A DNA stretch of 64,000 bases from Clostridiales bacterium (GCA_022508265.1 JAFLVP010000003.1:39500-103499); one strand, 5' to 3'; shown: positions 54,207-62,983, numbered from the stretch's first letter. Made by a program: numbers and translations. The notes: generated from the sequence alone by a model not told the origin.

Positions 54207-54832
54207 TATTTTCCGTAGACCTCCTCTAATTTCTTAACGGCTTCCTTCGTTAAAACAACTTTGGAATTTGCAACGACCTCGTAAGTCGATATCTGCGCCA
54301 CGGGCAGAGTCGAAAGTTTTTCGATGTTGCGTGCCGCGCGGATTACGCCCAAATCGTCGTTGTCCATAACGATTACAGCCGACTTGTCAAGGTTTAAAGC
54401 CTTCTGGAAAGCGACCATCTCTTTGGTCTTGCCCTCTTTTACTTCGAGGCTATCCACTACGACGAGCTCGCCGTCCGCAACCTTTTTGGAGAGAGCCGAT
54501 AAAAGTGCGCCTATCTTGGCTTTCTTGTTCATATCCTTGGAGAAGTCGCGGCTCTTGGGAGCGAATACTACGCCGCCCTTTATCCACTGGGGAGCGCGTA
54601 TCGAACCCTGACGGGCGTTACCCGTGCCCTTCTGACGCCAAGGCTTTCTGCCGCCGCCCCTTACTTCCGTACGGGTGAGCGTGGATTTCGTACCCTGTCT
54701 TTCGTTTGCAAGACGGGTTACGACCGCCTGATGTATGAGCGCTTCATTGTATTCGACGCCGAATACCTTGTCGCTCAAGTTTATCTTTCCGGCAACGCTG
54801 CCGTCCATTTTATACACATTTACACTGGGCAT
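54206..54832 (-). CDS. rplD: 50S ribosomal protein L4
   Basis: 208 aa. ...[20 protein letters not shown]. Confidence 0.97.
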   Translation of the reverse strand: MPSVNVYKMDGSVAGKINLSDKVFGVEYNEALIHQAVVTRLANERQGTKSTLTRTEVRGGGRKPWRQKGTGNARQGSIRAPQWIKGGVVFAPKSRDFSKDMNKKAKIGALLSALSKKVADGELVVVDSLEVKEGKTKEMVAFQKALNLDKSAVIVMDNDDLGVIRAARNIEKLSTLPVAQISTYEVVANSKVVLTKEAVKKLEEVYGK

Positions 54833-54846
54833 TTATCTGTACCTCC

Positions 54847-55476
54847 TTATTTAACGGTGTCGTTTATGGTAACGACGCTACCGTTGGGGCCGGGAATCGA
54901 ACCCTTAATAAGTAAGCAGTTTCTCTCTGCGTCTACTCTGACTATCGTAAGGTTCTGAACGGTTACGTTTTCAACACCGTACTGACCCGCAAGTCTCTTG
55001 TTCTTGAATACGCGCGAGGGCGAGCTGTTCGCACCCATTGAACCGGGTTCTCTGTGTACGGGGCCTACGCCGTGCGTTTCCTTCAATCTGTGCTGATTCC
55101 ATCTCTTGATAACGCCCGAGAAACCGTGACCTTTCGAAACGCCGTGTACGTCCACTCTGTCGCCTGCCGCGAAAACGTCTACCTTGATTTCGCCGCCTAC
55201 CGCGTAGTTCGACAAGTCGTCGAGGCGGAATTCCTTGAGCACCTTGCAGGGCTTGACGCCGGCTTTCTTGAACTGTCCGAGTTCGGGTTTTGTGAGATTC
55301 TTTTCCTTTGCTTCGTCAAAACCGAGCTTTAAAGCGGCGTAGCCGTCCTTTTCAACAGTCTTGATTTGCACTACGGGGCAGGGGCCTGCTTCCACTACCG
55401 TTACGGGAATAACCTTGCCCTCCGGCGTAAATATCTGGGTCATTCCAGCTTTACGCCCGATGATTGCTTTATTCAT
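54847..55476 (-). CDS. rplC: 50S ribosomal protein L3
   Basis: ORF-track start 55638 lies inside a repeat. Trimmed to the ATG at 55476 ([16 protein letters not shown]), preceded by GGAGGAAC. Confidence 0.96.
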   Translation of the reverse strand: MNKAIIGRKAGMTQIFTPEGKVIPVTVVEAGPCPVVQIKTVEKDGYAALKLGFDEAKEKNLTKPELGQFKKAGVKPCKVLKEFRLDDLSNYAVGGEIKVDVFAAGDRVDVHGVSKGHGFSGVIKRWNQHRLKETHGVGPVHREPGSMGANSSPSRVFKNKRLAGQYGVENVTVQNLTIVRVDAERNCLLIKGSIPGPNGSVVTINDTVK

Positions 55477-55503
55477 TGATAAAGTTCCTCCAATAAATTT
55501 TCT

Positions 55504-55689
55504 CTCACGAAATTTTATTTCTTGATGCGAATTAAAATTTCCGTGACTTGGGAGGCGCCGCCTCCCTTTACGCGATTTTAAGGGCACACCATTATATACT
55601 CGCGTAAATTCCCTCTGCTGAGGCGCAGGTTTGCGCAAATTGAGTTGCGCGGCGGAAAAACGTGGTTTTCCTTGCGCCGTAAAGCGTTG
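55504..55689 (-). repeat. Family-1 mosaic hairpin repeat, divergent full copy inside the S10 operon (rpsJ-rplC spacer)
   Basis: TCACGAAATTTTA...TAAAATTTCCGTGA, GGGAGGCG/CGCCTCCC, TTTACGCGA...TCGCGTAAA, GCGCA/TGCGC, GGAAAA-CGTGG-TTTTCC, GCGCCGTAAAGCG. Confidence 0.85.
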
Positions 55690-55809
55690 AGAATGTTCGG
55701 TTATTTTAATTGCTCAATAATAAATTTCGTATATTTCAGATACCGCGCCGCGCCGTCCCGCCGTTTCCGTCGTCTGCGCTCCGTAGAGTATCTTTATTGA
55801 CTTAATTGA

Positions 55810-56109
55810 TTATAACTTGATTTTGATATCTACGCCTGCGGGCAATTGCACCGTGTCGAGCAATTTTGCATTGGGGGTGTAGATGTCGATAATGCGCTTG
55901 TAGGTTCTCTGCTCGAACTGTTCTCTCGAATCTTTATATTTGTGGGGGGAGCGGAGAATTGTGACTATTTCCTTCTCGGTGGGAAGGGGTATGGGGCCCG
56001 ATATTTTAGCGCCGCTCTTCTTCATCGTTTCTACGATGCGCGAAGCCGCGAGGTCCACGAGCTCGTGGTCGTAAGCTGCAAGTTTAATTCTGATTTTCTG
56101 TCCTGCCAT
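55810..56109 (-). CDS. rpsJ: 30S ribosomal protein S10
   Basis: 99 aa. [15 protein letters not shown]... Confidence 0.97.
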   Translation of the reverse strand: MAGQKIRIKLAAYDHELVDLAASRIVETMKKSGAKISGPIPLPTEKEIVTILRSPHKYKDSREQFEQRTYKRIIDIYTPNAKLLDTVQLPAGVDIKIKL

Positions 56110-56349
56110 TTTGTAACTCCTTAATTTATACTAACTTTTTTATTCGCGTCAACTTATCCGTGTGTGTCGCGCTTCGTTTTTTTACTATGCGCCCTACGGC
56201 GCATAGGCTTATTGACAAAAACGCGGTTAGTCGCAAGGGTCCTGCCCTCACATTTGTCCGCACAAATTATCTGTTACGGCGGGTTTATCCGTAAAATTTC
56301 AGTAACTTTGCGCTTCGTCCCGAGCACACACTCTCACGCGTGCTTATTC

Positions 56350-56378
56350 ATTATAAAGATGTCAATAGGAAATGTCAA
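56350..56378 (-). promoter_or_regulatory. Sigma-70-type promoter of the S10 operon
   Basis: Minus strand: TTGACA, 17 nt spacer, TATAAT. Implies a ~230-nt 5' UTR before rpsJ. Confidence 0.65.
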
Positions 56379-56491
56379 ATGAAAAAGACTGAATATTTGG
56401 TATTTTTTTATAATTTTTGAATATTATATAAGTCGACCGCAAATTGCTTTATTCTTAACCCGTTTCACGGGCATTATTTTTAATTACCCCC

Positions 56492-56520
56492 TTGAAAAAA
56501 CCGTTTATTTATATTATAAT
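56492..56520 (+). promoter_or_regulatory. Sigma-70-type promoter for the EF-G paralog
   Basis: TTGAAA, 17 nt spacer, TATAAT. The 5' UTR contains the hairpin CCGCC-GAAC-GGGCGG. Confidence 0.6.
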
Positions 56521-56562
56521 AGGTATAATGAACCGCCGAACGGGCGGGTTAAGGGGCTTTTT

Positions 56563-58617
56563 ATGAGTATTACAGCAAAAGAAATAAGAAATATTGCAGT
56601 TATCGGACACAGCGGCGAAGGCAAGACCACTCTTTGCGAGGCAATGCTTTACAACGGCGGAGTTACGGACAGAATGGGCAAGGTTGAGGACGGCACCACC
56701 GTTATGGACTTTGACGAGCTTGAAAAGAGCAAGAAAATTTCCGTATACGCCTCCGTTGCGTATCTTACCTGGAAGGGAATAAAGATAAATCTTTTGGACC
56801 TCCCCGGTTTCTACGATTTCGAGGGCGAGAGACACGAAGGACTTGCCGCATGCGGTGCGGCGATACTCGTACTCGGCGCGAACGGCGTTCTGCCCATCGG
56901 CGCGGAGAGCGTAGTCGATTACTGTTTGAAACTTCAGAAACCGCTCGTTATATTTATCAACGGTATGGACAAGGCCAACGCAGACTATTCGGGAACGCTT
57001 GCTGCGCTCGAAGAAAAGTACGCGGGCAAGCTTGCTCCCATTCAGATTCCGATGATTGACGGCGGAAAGATGACGGGTTACGTCAACGCTATTCAGGAGA
57101 GAGCGTATAAATTCTCCACGCAGGGACCGCAGGAAATTCCCGTACCGAAGGAGTATGTCGAGCAAATGAACGCAATGCAGTTCCGACTTATGGAGACTGC
57201 GGCAGAGAACGACGACTTGCTTTTGGACAAGTATTTCGAAGTGGGCAAGCTGACGAAAGAAGAAGCCGTTCACGGAATAAGGCGCGGTATCGCTACGGGC
57301 AGCGTTATTCCCGTAATGGCCGGCAGTGCGCTTCAGAACCGCGGCGTTATCAACCTTTTGGACGAAATCGTAAGATATATGCCCACCGCAAACGAGAGAC
57401 TTAACAGCCTTGCAACCGACGTGGACGCCGACGAGCTTGTAAGCGTTACCTGCGACGAGGAAGCACCCTTTGCCGCGCAGGTATTCAAGACGGTGTACGA
57501 CCCCTTTGCGGGCAAGCTCAACTATATTAAGGTTTACCGCGGAAAGTTAAAAGCGGGCATGACCGTACTCAACTCCAACACGGGCGTTGAAGAGAGAATA
57601 GGTCAGATATTTATGATGAAAGGCAAAAAGACCGAGCTTGTGACAGAGCTTTCGGCGGGCGATATCGGCGGTGTGAACAAGCTCACTTCGACGGACACCA
57701 ACCACACCCTCTGCGCACTCGGAACGAATATCCGCTTCGACCCCATACACTTCCCCCGCCCCTGCCTTTCGCTTGCGGTTAATGCCGTGAATAAGGGCGA
57801 CGAGGACAAGATTTTTGCAGGCTTTAACAAGATGCGCGAGGAGGATTACACTTTCTCGGTTGAAAAGAGAGCCGAAACGGGCGAGGTCATCATAAGCGGT
57901 CAGGGCGAAATTCATTTGGAGATGCTCTCCAAAAAGCTCAAACAGCGCTACGGCACGGACGTTACTTTATCCGAACCCAAAATACCTTACCGCGAGACTA
58001 TCCGCGCCACGGCAACCGCAGAGGGCAAGCACAAGAAACAGTCGGGCGGACACGGTCAGTACGGACACTGCAAGGTGCGCTTCGAGCCCTGCGAGGCAGA
58101 TTTCGAATTCGGCGACGAGGTTGTCGGCGGCGCCGTTCCCAAGCAGTATATTCCCGCAGTTGAAAAGGGACTTCGCGAGTGCCTTTCACGCGGTGTGCTT
58201 GCCGACTATCCCGTAATAGGCGTGAGAGCAGTGCTCTACGACGGAAGCTATCACGACGTCGACTCCTCGGAAATGGCGTTCAAGGCGGCAGCGGCGCTCG
58301 CGTTTAAAGAGGGTATGAAAAACGCCAAGCCCATACTTTTAGAGCCCGTTATGAAATTAAAGACCGCCGTAAACGGCGAATACCTCGGCGCGGTTATGGG
58401 CGATATCTCAAAGCGCAGAGGCAGAATTAACGAGAGCGTGACCGAGGGCGATATCACAACCGTTATTGCCGAAGTTCCCCTCTCCGAAATTGCCAAGTAC
58501 GCCACCGACTTACGCGGTATGACGCGCGGACAGGGCAAGTTCTCGACAGAGTTCCTGCGCTACGAGGAAGTTCCCCCTCAAATCGCCGAAAAGGTAATTG
58601 CCGATTCAAAATCCTAA
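56563..58617 (+). CDS. Elongation factor G-like translational GTPase (EF-G paralog, not the str-operon fusA)
   Basis: 684 aa. G1 is GHSGEGKTT (canonical EF-G has AHIDAGKTT), followed by DLPG and NGMD. Domains II-V are alignable to EF-G. Divergently transcribed from rpsJ. Confidence 0.85.
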   Translation: MSITAKEIRNIAVIGHSGEGKTTLCEAMLYNGGVTDRMGKVEDGTTVMDFDELEKSKKISVYASVAYLTWKGIKINLLDLPGFYDFEGERHEGLAACGAAILVLGANGVLPIGAESVVDYCLKLQKPLVIFINGMDKANADYSGTLAALEEKYAGKLAPIQIPMIDGGKMTGYVNAIQERAYKFSTQGPQEIPVPKEYVEQMNAMQFRLMETAAENDDLLLDKYFEVGKLTKEEAVHGIRRGIATGSVIPVMAGSALQNRGVINLLDEIVRYMPTANERLNSLATDVDADELVSVTCDEEAPFAAQVFKTVYDPFAGKLNYIKVYRGKLKAGMTVLNSNTGVEERIGQIFMMKGKKTELVTELSAGDIGGVNKLTSTDTNHTLCALGTNIRFDPIHFPRPCLSLAVNAVNKGDEDKIFAGFNKMREEDYTFSVEKRAETGEVIISGQGEIHLEMLSKKLKQRYGTDVTLSEPKIPYRETIRATATAEGKHKKQSGGHGQYGHCKVRFEPCEADFEFGDEVVGGAVPKQYIPAVEKGLRECLSRGVLADYPVIGVRAVLYDGSYHDVDSSEMAFKAAAALAFKEGMKNAKPILLEPVMKLKTAVNGEYLGAVMGDISKRRGRINESVTEGDITTVIAEVPLSEIAKYATDLRGMTRGQGKFSTEFLRYEEVPPQIAEKVIADSKS

Positions 58618-58631
58618 AATAAATAATGAAG

Positions 58632-58652
58632 AGCCCCCGAAATTCGGGGGCT
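58632..58652 (+). terminator. Possible terminator hairpin after the EF-G paralog (no clear T-run)
   Basis: AGCCCCCGAA-A-TTCGGGGGCT. Confidence 0.4.
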
Positions 58653-58653
58653 T

Positions 58654-58691
58654 AAAAAATGTAAAGCGCGTTGCGATTTCGCAACGCTCTT
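58654..58691 (-). terminator. Intrinsic terminator after the GTPase pair
   Basis: Minus strand: AGCGTTGCGA-AA-TCGCAACGC(G)CT followed by TTACATTTTTT. Confidence 0.6.
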
Positions 58692-58695
58692 TACT

Positions 58696-59643
58696 TTAAT
58701 AGTAAGTAGCAACGGGTTCCTCGGGCGGGTCGGAGTATTCAAGCTTTACAGCCTTTATTACGGGACCCTTGGAGCGGTACATTGAATTGTACTCAATGCC
58801 GATTACGCCCGTGACCGTTACCCAGTCCCTCGTCTTGACATCGGGGAGCATACCCCCCGACTTTACGGCAAATCCGTCGTAAGCGGTGTCCGCCTCGCAA
58901 CAGGTCATAATGTGTCTGCCGAGGATAAAGCAGTCCTTGCCCGCCTTCTTTGAAAGCGCCGCCATGCCCTTGAATTTTACCGTCTTGCCGATATAGTCGG
59001 AGGTGTTTTCCGCCATATCGCGATAGAACCAAGCAAAATCTCTGTCCTCGATTTCAATTATTTTTGCGTTCTTGTCGAAGGGCAGCGGGTCCTCTATCTC
59101 GTCGAACTCGGCTTTGCCTCCCACATATTCGTAGACGATATCGGGACGGCGGGAAATTCCGCGCACGATTTTATGAAAGGCAAGCTTGTCGTATTCGGGC
59201 TTGAAACGGTTGAAAACAACCATCTGCGTCATCTGAATTTTATCGAATACGAGCTGACGCATATTTGCGTTGTAATTTAAAAAGGTTGCGCTATCAAAGA
59301 AAGTCATCATCTGCACGATAACCCAATCTTCTGGCATGGCGTCAAAGAACTGTTGCAAAAGCCATGTTCCGTTGAACTCCGCCACCACCCTCTGAGCGCC
59401 GTATTTTTGGGCAAGCGAAGAAAGATTGTCCGCGTTTAGCTCGTCCACGCTCTCCAAAGTGACTTTGGCAACGTTTTTAACCTCGAACTTTTCGGGAATA
59501 TATTCCTCCTCCCCCTCCTCGCAGACGAGCAGCATTGTGCGCTGACCGTTCTCCATGCGGGGGTCTTCGAGCGTTTCCTGTATGAATTTGGTCTTGCCCG
59601 ACTCTAAAAAGCCGAGAAAAAGATAAACTTCTATATCCTGCAT
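58696..59643 (-). CDS. Fusion of a degenerate G3E/CobW-like P-loop domain with a DUF1980 (TIGR03943-type C-terminal) domain
   Basis: 315 aa. N-terminus has GFLESGKT but lacks the CxCC motif. The C-terminus ...GRHIMTCCEADTAYDGFAV... matches my recollection of the MTCC-AAD motif of DUF1980. Its start abuts the stop of the upstream CobW gene. Confidence 0.6.
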   Translation of the reverse strand: MQDIEVYLFLGFLESGKTKFIQETLEDPRMENGQRTMLLVCEEGEEEYIPEKFEVKNVAKVTLESVDELNADNLSSLAQKYGAQRVVAEFNGTWLLQQFFDAMPEDWVIVQMMTFFDSATFLNYNANMRQLVFDKIQMTQMVVFNRFKPEYDKLAFHKIVRGISRRPDIVYEYVGGKAEFDEIEDPLPFDKNAKIIEIEDRDFAWFYRDMAENTSDYIGKTVKFKGMAALSKKAGKDCFILGRHIMTCCEADTAYDGFAVKSGGMLPDVKTRDWVTVTGVIGIEYNSMYRSKGPVIKAVKLEYSDPPEEPVATYY

Positions 59644-60741
59644 TTATACTCCGAATAATTCGGCGAGCTCTTCGCCGTCGATTTTGCTGCCTATTACGCA
59701 CAGTCTGCCCGTGTACGCCGCTACCCCGTCGCGCACGTCGATTTCGCCGGGGATATAGTCGAAATGTATCCACTTATTATCCTCGCCCGCAACTATGCCC
59801 TTTGCGCGGAGTACCGTGCCGTAGGTAACCGCGTCCGAAAGCTTGGAAAGGGCTGTTTGTATCTGCTCTTTAGAAAACTTCTTGCCGGTCTCTATGCCCC
59901 AACTTGTGAACACCTCGTCGGCGTGATGATGGTGTTCATGTTCGTGGTCATGGTGGCAACAATGCCCGTCGTGGCCGTGATGGTGTTCGTGGTGACAGTG
60001 TTCGTGTTCTTCGTCATCGTCGTGATGACAACAATGCCCGTCGTGGTCGTGATGGTGTTCGCCGTGACAGCACTCACCGCCGTGGTGGTGCCCGTGGTGG
60101 CAGTGCTCGTGCTCCTCTTCAAGCTCTTTCAATTCGTCCGCGAGGGTGCGCGAGTGCTCCATAGCCTCAAGAATTTGCTTGCCGTCGAGCTCGTTCCAAG
60201 CGGTGGTAACAATTGTTGCGTGTGCGTTGTGCGCCTTTACGAGTTCGACTGCGGTAGCAAGCTTTTCCGCCGAGGCAACGTCCGTATGGCTGAACACTAT
60301 GCAAGCGGCGGTTTCAATCTGGTCGTTGAAAAATTCGCCGAAGTTCTTCATATACATCTTGCACTTGGCGGCGTCCACTACAGCCGTGTAGGAATTTACA
60401 GTGCAGTTTTCAAGCTGTGCGCTCTCAACCGCACGGATAACGTCGGAGAGCTTGCCCACGCCCGAGGGCTCAATTAAAATCCTGTCTGGGTTGTATTCTT
60501 GTTGAACCTTTTGAAGCGCCTTTGAAAAATCGCCCACGAGCGAACAGCAGATACAACCCGAGTTGAGTTCGTTAATCTTTATGCCCGCCTCCGCCAAAAA
60601 TCCGCCGTCGACGCCTATCTCGCCGAATTCGTTCTCAATCAGAACAAGGTTTTCGCCCGCGTACGCCTCTTTTATGAGCTTTTTTATAAGCGTAGTCTTG
60701 CCCGCGCCCAAAAATCCCGAAAAAATATCAATCTTAGTCAT
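59644..60741 (-). CDS. CobW/COG0523-family G3E GTPase (putative zinc metallochaperone) with a ~70-aa His/Cys-rich insert
   Basis: 365 aa. GFLGAGKTT, the CICCSL metal motif, IEPSG. Insert: EHEHCHHGHHHGGECCHGEHHHDHDGHCCHHDDDEEHEHCHHEHHHGHDGHCCHHDHEHEHHHH. Confidence 0.88.
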   Translation of the reverse strand: MTKIDIFSGFLGAGKTTLIKKLIKEAYAGENLVLIENEFGEIGVDGGFLAEAGIKINELNSGCICCSLVGDFSKALQKVQQEYNPDRILIEPSGVGKLSDVIRAVESAQLENCTVNSYTAVVDAAKCKMYMKNFGEFFNDQIETAACIVFSHTDVASAEKLATAVELVKAHNAHATIVTTAWNELDGKQILEAMEHSRTLADELKELEEEHEHCHHGHHHGGECCHGEHHHDHDGHCCHHDDDEEHEHCHHEHHHGHDGHCCHHDHEHEHHHHADEVFTSWGIETGKKFSKEQIQTALSKLSDAVTYGTVLRAKGIVAGEDNKWIHFDYIPGEIDVRDGVAAYTGRLCVIGSKIDGEELAELFGV

Positions 60742-60804
60742 ACTATACCTCTAAAATCTTTACTCGTATATAACAATTATAAACTTTTAACTTTGCTGAC
60801 AAAC

Positions 60805-60840
60805 ATAATAATTTAGCCGAAGTTATCTTCGGCTAATTTT
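60805..60840 (-). terminator. Probable intrinsic terminator after the DUF2188 gene
   Basis: TTAGCCGAAG-TTAT-CTTCGGCTAA with T-rich flanks. Confidence 0.55.
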
Positions 60841-60854
60841 ATTTAATGGCTTTA

Positions 60855-61469
60855 TTAATATGTAAGTTTTCTGAAAGAGCCGTCCTCTTTGTGAATCATA
60901 ATGCGCGCTTCCTGATTGCCCGCAAGAGTCTTGCAGTATTCGATTGCCTCTTTCTGGGTCAGGAAAAGCTTAATTGCTTTTGCACCGCCCTCCGCCTTTA
61001 TCTGCCATCTGTTGTCGTCCTTGCGCTTGGAAATATGATAAACCTTGGAGACAGGCTTATCGGCAACCTTTGCCGAAGTTGTCTTTTGGGCGGTCGAGGC
61101 GGTAGTTGTCTTTTTAGCCGTAGTCGTCTTTTTAACGGGAGTTACAACGGGCGACTTTGTTTGAGTCTTTTTAGCAGCGGGCTTTTTCTCCTCTGCGGGT
61201 TCCTCGGGGATTTCCTCCGCTATGGGCTGAGGCTCTTCTTGGGGCTGAACATCTTCAACGGGTTGAGACTCTTCCGCAATTTCCTCTTTTACGGGCTCTG
61301 CAACGGGCTCCGCAGCCTTTGCCTTTTTCTTCTTTTTGGATTTGCTTACCGCGACCGCAATTATAATTATTAAAATCAGCAGTAAGCCGCCGATGGCTGC
61401 CGCCCAACCCCACCAAGGAACGTTATTTAAAAACGACAAAGGTTCGGGGAAAGTAAAAAGCAAATTCAT
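60855..61469 (-). CDS. Membrane-anchored DUF2188-domain protein with a low-complexity Pro/Glu/Lys/Thr linker
   Basis: 204 aa. N-terminal TM (WGWAAAIGGLLLILIIIIAVAV). The C-terminus VYHISKRKDDNRWQIKAEGGAKAIKLFLTQKEAIEY... resembles DUF2188. Confidence 0.7.
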   Translation of the reverse strand: MNLLFTFPEPLSFLNNVPWWGWAAAIGGLLLILIIIIAVAVSKSKKKKKAKAAEPVAEPVKEEIAEESQPVEDVQPQEEPQPIAEEIPEEPAEEKKPAAKKTQTKSPVVTPVKKTTTAKKTTTASTAQKTTSAKVADKPVSKVYHISKRKDDNRWQIKAEGGAKAIKLFLTQKEAIEYCKTLAGNQEARIMIHKEDGSFRKLTY

Positions 61470-61596
61470 ATTCCACCTCTTTTTCTTTTATTTTATAATA
61501 AAATCGGCAAAAAATCAAGTAAAATTTGTTAAAACAAAAAGCACTCTCATGAAGGAGTGCAAATTATATTATCGTTTGCTATTAAATATTGCAGCA

Positions 61597-61663
61597 AGGG
61601 GAACTTGGTTCCCCTGATTACGAAAAATTCCTTACGCAGAACAGTAAGGAATTTTTCGTGAAC
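61597..61663 (+). repeat. Family-1 repeat, partial copy (H4 plus H5 only)
   Basis: GGGGAAC-TTG-GTTCCCC, then TTACGAAAAATTCCTTAC-GCAGAACA-GTAAGGAATTTTTCGTGAA. Confidence 0.8.
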
Positions 61664-61669
61664 CTATAA

Positions 61670-62608
61670 TTAATATTTTACTATTTTAACACTCTTTATA
61701 ATGATTGCCGTCTTGGGCGAACGGAAGGTCTCTTCAATGCCCTTGTCTGCAGCCTCTTCGGAGAAGGACTCCATCTTGTCGACTTCGACTACGGGCTGGG
61801 TGTAATGGTCGGAAACGGTGGTGCCGTACTCGGAGTCATTGTAATCTTCAACGGCGGCAACGAATTTCTCCAACGCGGAGTCGTCCTTGATTCTTGCGAA
61901 TACGCAGTACTGGCTTGCAACGTAGGTTGAAGTCGTTCCCACCTGCACACCGAACACGTAGGTTGCGCAGTTTTTGCTGTAATCGCTGTGCGCAATTCCA
62001 CCGCTCGAGGGCGTAACGTAAACCTTCTGCTTGGTCTCCTTGTTGCTGTAATACATTTTAAGACAGCCGTATTCGGCAGTGAGCGCACCGTTTTCTATGG
62101 CGTGCTTGTTGTCCGAGAACTCACCGATAAGCGTAGCCATTTTGTACTTCACGTCTAAAATCTGAGTCTGTCCTTCAAACGCAATATTTTTATAAACGGT
62201 TGTTGAAAGCTTGCCGGCGTCAAACAGGTCGTAATACGCCTGCTCTTTGCTGTACGTTTCGTAATACTCCTTCATTGCGTCGGCGCCGTTCTCGGTGAGG
62301 CTTGCATACTCGTCCTTGACGTACTCGTACGCGCCGCCGAACCAGTCGTTGCTCTCCATATCGTGAACTACGGTGTTGTTATAAAAACCGCTTTCGGTAA
62401 GCTCAAGGAAATGGCGCACGGTGTTGGGGTACATATTTCTGTACAGAGTATACTCTATAGCGTACGTCTTGCCGTTGAATTCATAGGTTATTTTAACCTC
62501 GGGATGGTCGGTTTCCGCAGAACAGCCCGCAAACGCTCCCGCCATGCACGCAACGGTCGCCGAAAGAGCTATACAGGTTATTAACTTTTTTATCTTGCCA
62601 AATTTCAT
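61670..62608 (-). CDS. Lipoprotein with a cyclophilin-type peptidyl-prolyl isomerase domain
   Basis: 312 aa. Lipobox AFAGC. PNTVRHFLELTESGFYNNTVVHD is cyclophilin-like. Long insertions relative to minimal cyclophilins. Confidence 0.75.
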   Translation of the reverse strand: MKFGKIKKLITCIALSATVACMAGAFAGCSAETDHPEVKITYEFNGKTYAIEYTLYRNMYPNTVRHFLELTESGFYNNTVVHDMESNDWFGGAYEYVKDEYASLTENGADAMKEYYETYSKEQAYYDLFDAGKLSTTVYKNIAFEGQTQILDVKYKMATLIGEFSDNKHAIENGALTAEYGCLKMYYSNKETKQKVYVTPSSGGIAHSDYSKNCATYVFGVQVGTTSTYVASQYCVFARIKDDSALEKFVAAVEDYNDSEYGTTVSDHYTQPVVEVDKMESFSEEAADKGIEETFRSPKTAIIIKSVKIVKY

Positions 62609-62688
62609 ATCTATATCCGTAAAAGACTTTTAGTCCTATCTATTTTACTTTGTAATTCAACGATAGTCAAGCAATTTCAGTCTGTAAT

Positions 62689-62806
62689 GCAAAAAATATG
62701 GTTTGCGGAATTGCTTGCGGTGCGTCAAGCAATTTTTAAGTCGGTAAGCAAAAAATATAAATTGCGGAATTGCTTGCGGTGCGCGCGAGCGTTTTTAAGC
62801 TTGTAC
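62689..62806 (+). repeat. 59-bp tandem direct repeat, 2 copies (plus a partial third upstream)
   Basis: GCAAAAAATATGGTTTGCGGAATTGCTTGCGGTGCGTCAAGCAATTTTTAAGTCGGTAA versus GCAAAAAATATAAATTGCGGAATTGCTTGCGGTGCGCGCGAGCGTTTTTAAGCTTGTAC. Confidence 0.8.
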
Positions 62807-62814
62807 AAAAAAAT

Positions 62815-62932
62815 CCTTGGATTAGAAACAAGCAGTTCCAGGCGCGCGAGGCTTTCCGACACGAGTTTACTACCCGTAAATGAGTTAGGAAAATGTAGCG
62901 CAACGTCGAAATGCGAAGTTTATAACCCAAGG
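62815..62932 (+). repeat. Family-2 long imperfect palindromic element (subtype shared with 12385)
   Basis: CCTTGGATTAGAAAC...GAGTTTAC-TACCC-GTAAATGA...GTTTATAACCCAAGG. The outer arms pair at 13 of 15 positions. Confidence 0.85.
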
Positions 62933-62934
62933 AG

Positions 62935-62970
62935 CAATAAAAAAATTCCCGCAGGAACCTGCGGGAATTT
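62935..62970 (-). terminator. Intrinsic terminator after rplL
   Basis: Minus strand: AATTCCCGCAGG-TT-CCTGCGGGAATT followed by TTTTTTATT. Confidence 0.85.
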
Positions 62971-62983
62971 GATTTTTTAAAAA

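Noticed and set aside
56509-57273. 254-codon ORF on the minus strand
   Set aside because: It is antisense to the EF-G paralog G domain. No motif and no RBS.
59764-60477. 237-codon plus-strand ORF rich in Val/Met/Phe
   Set aside because: It is the complement of the His/Cys-rich CobW insert (CAC/CAT codons read as GTG/ATG), so it is a compositional artefact.
60742-60800. Possible Zur box upstream of the CobW gene (TATAA-CAA-TTATA)
   Set aside because: It is only a 5-bp AT-only inverted repeat, indistinguishable from promoter-region AT richness and not similar enough to the Firmicute Zur consensus as I remember it.
1990-61670. Whether the recurring hairpin repeats could be a CRISPR array
   Set aside because: Copies are dispersed over 60 kb, 45-280 nt long, in both orientations, without regular repeat-spacer periodicity, and no cas genes are present.
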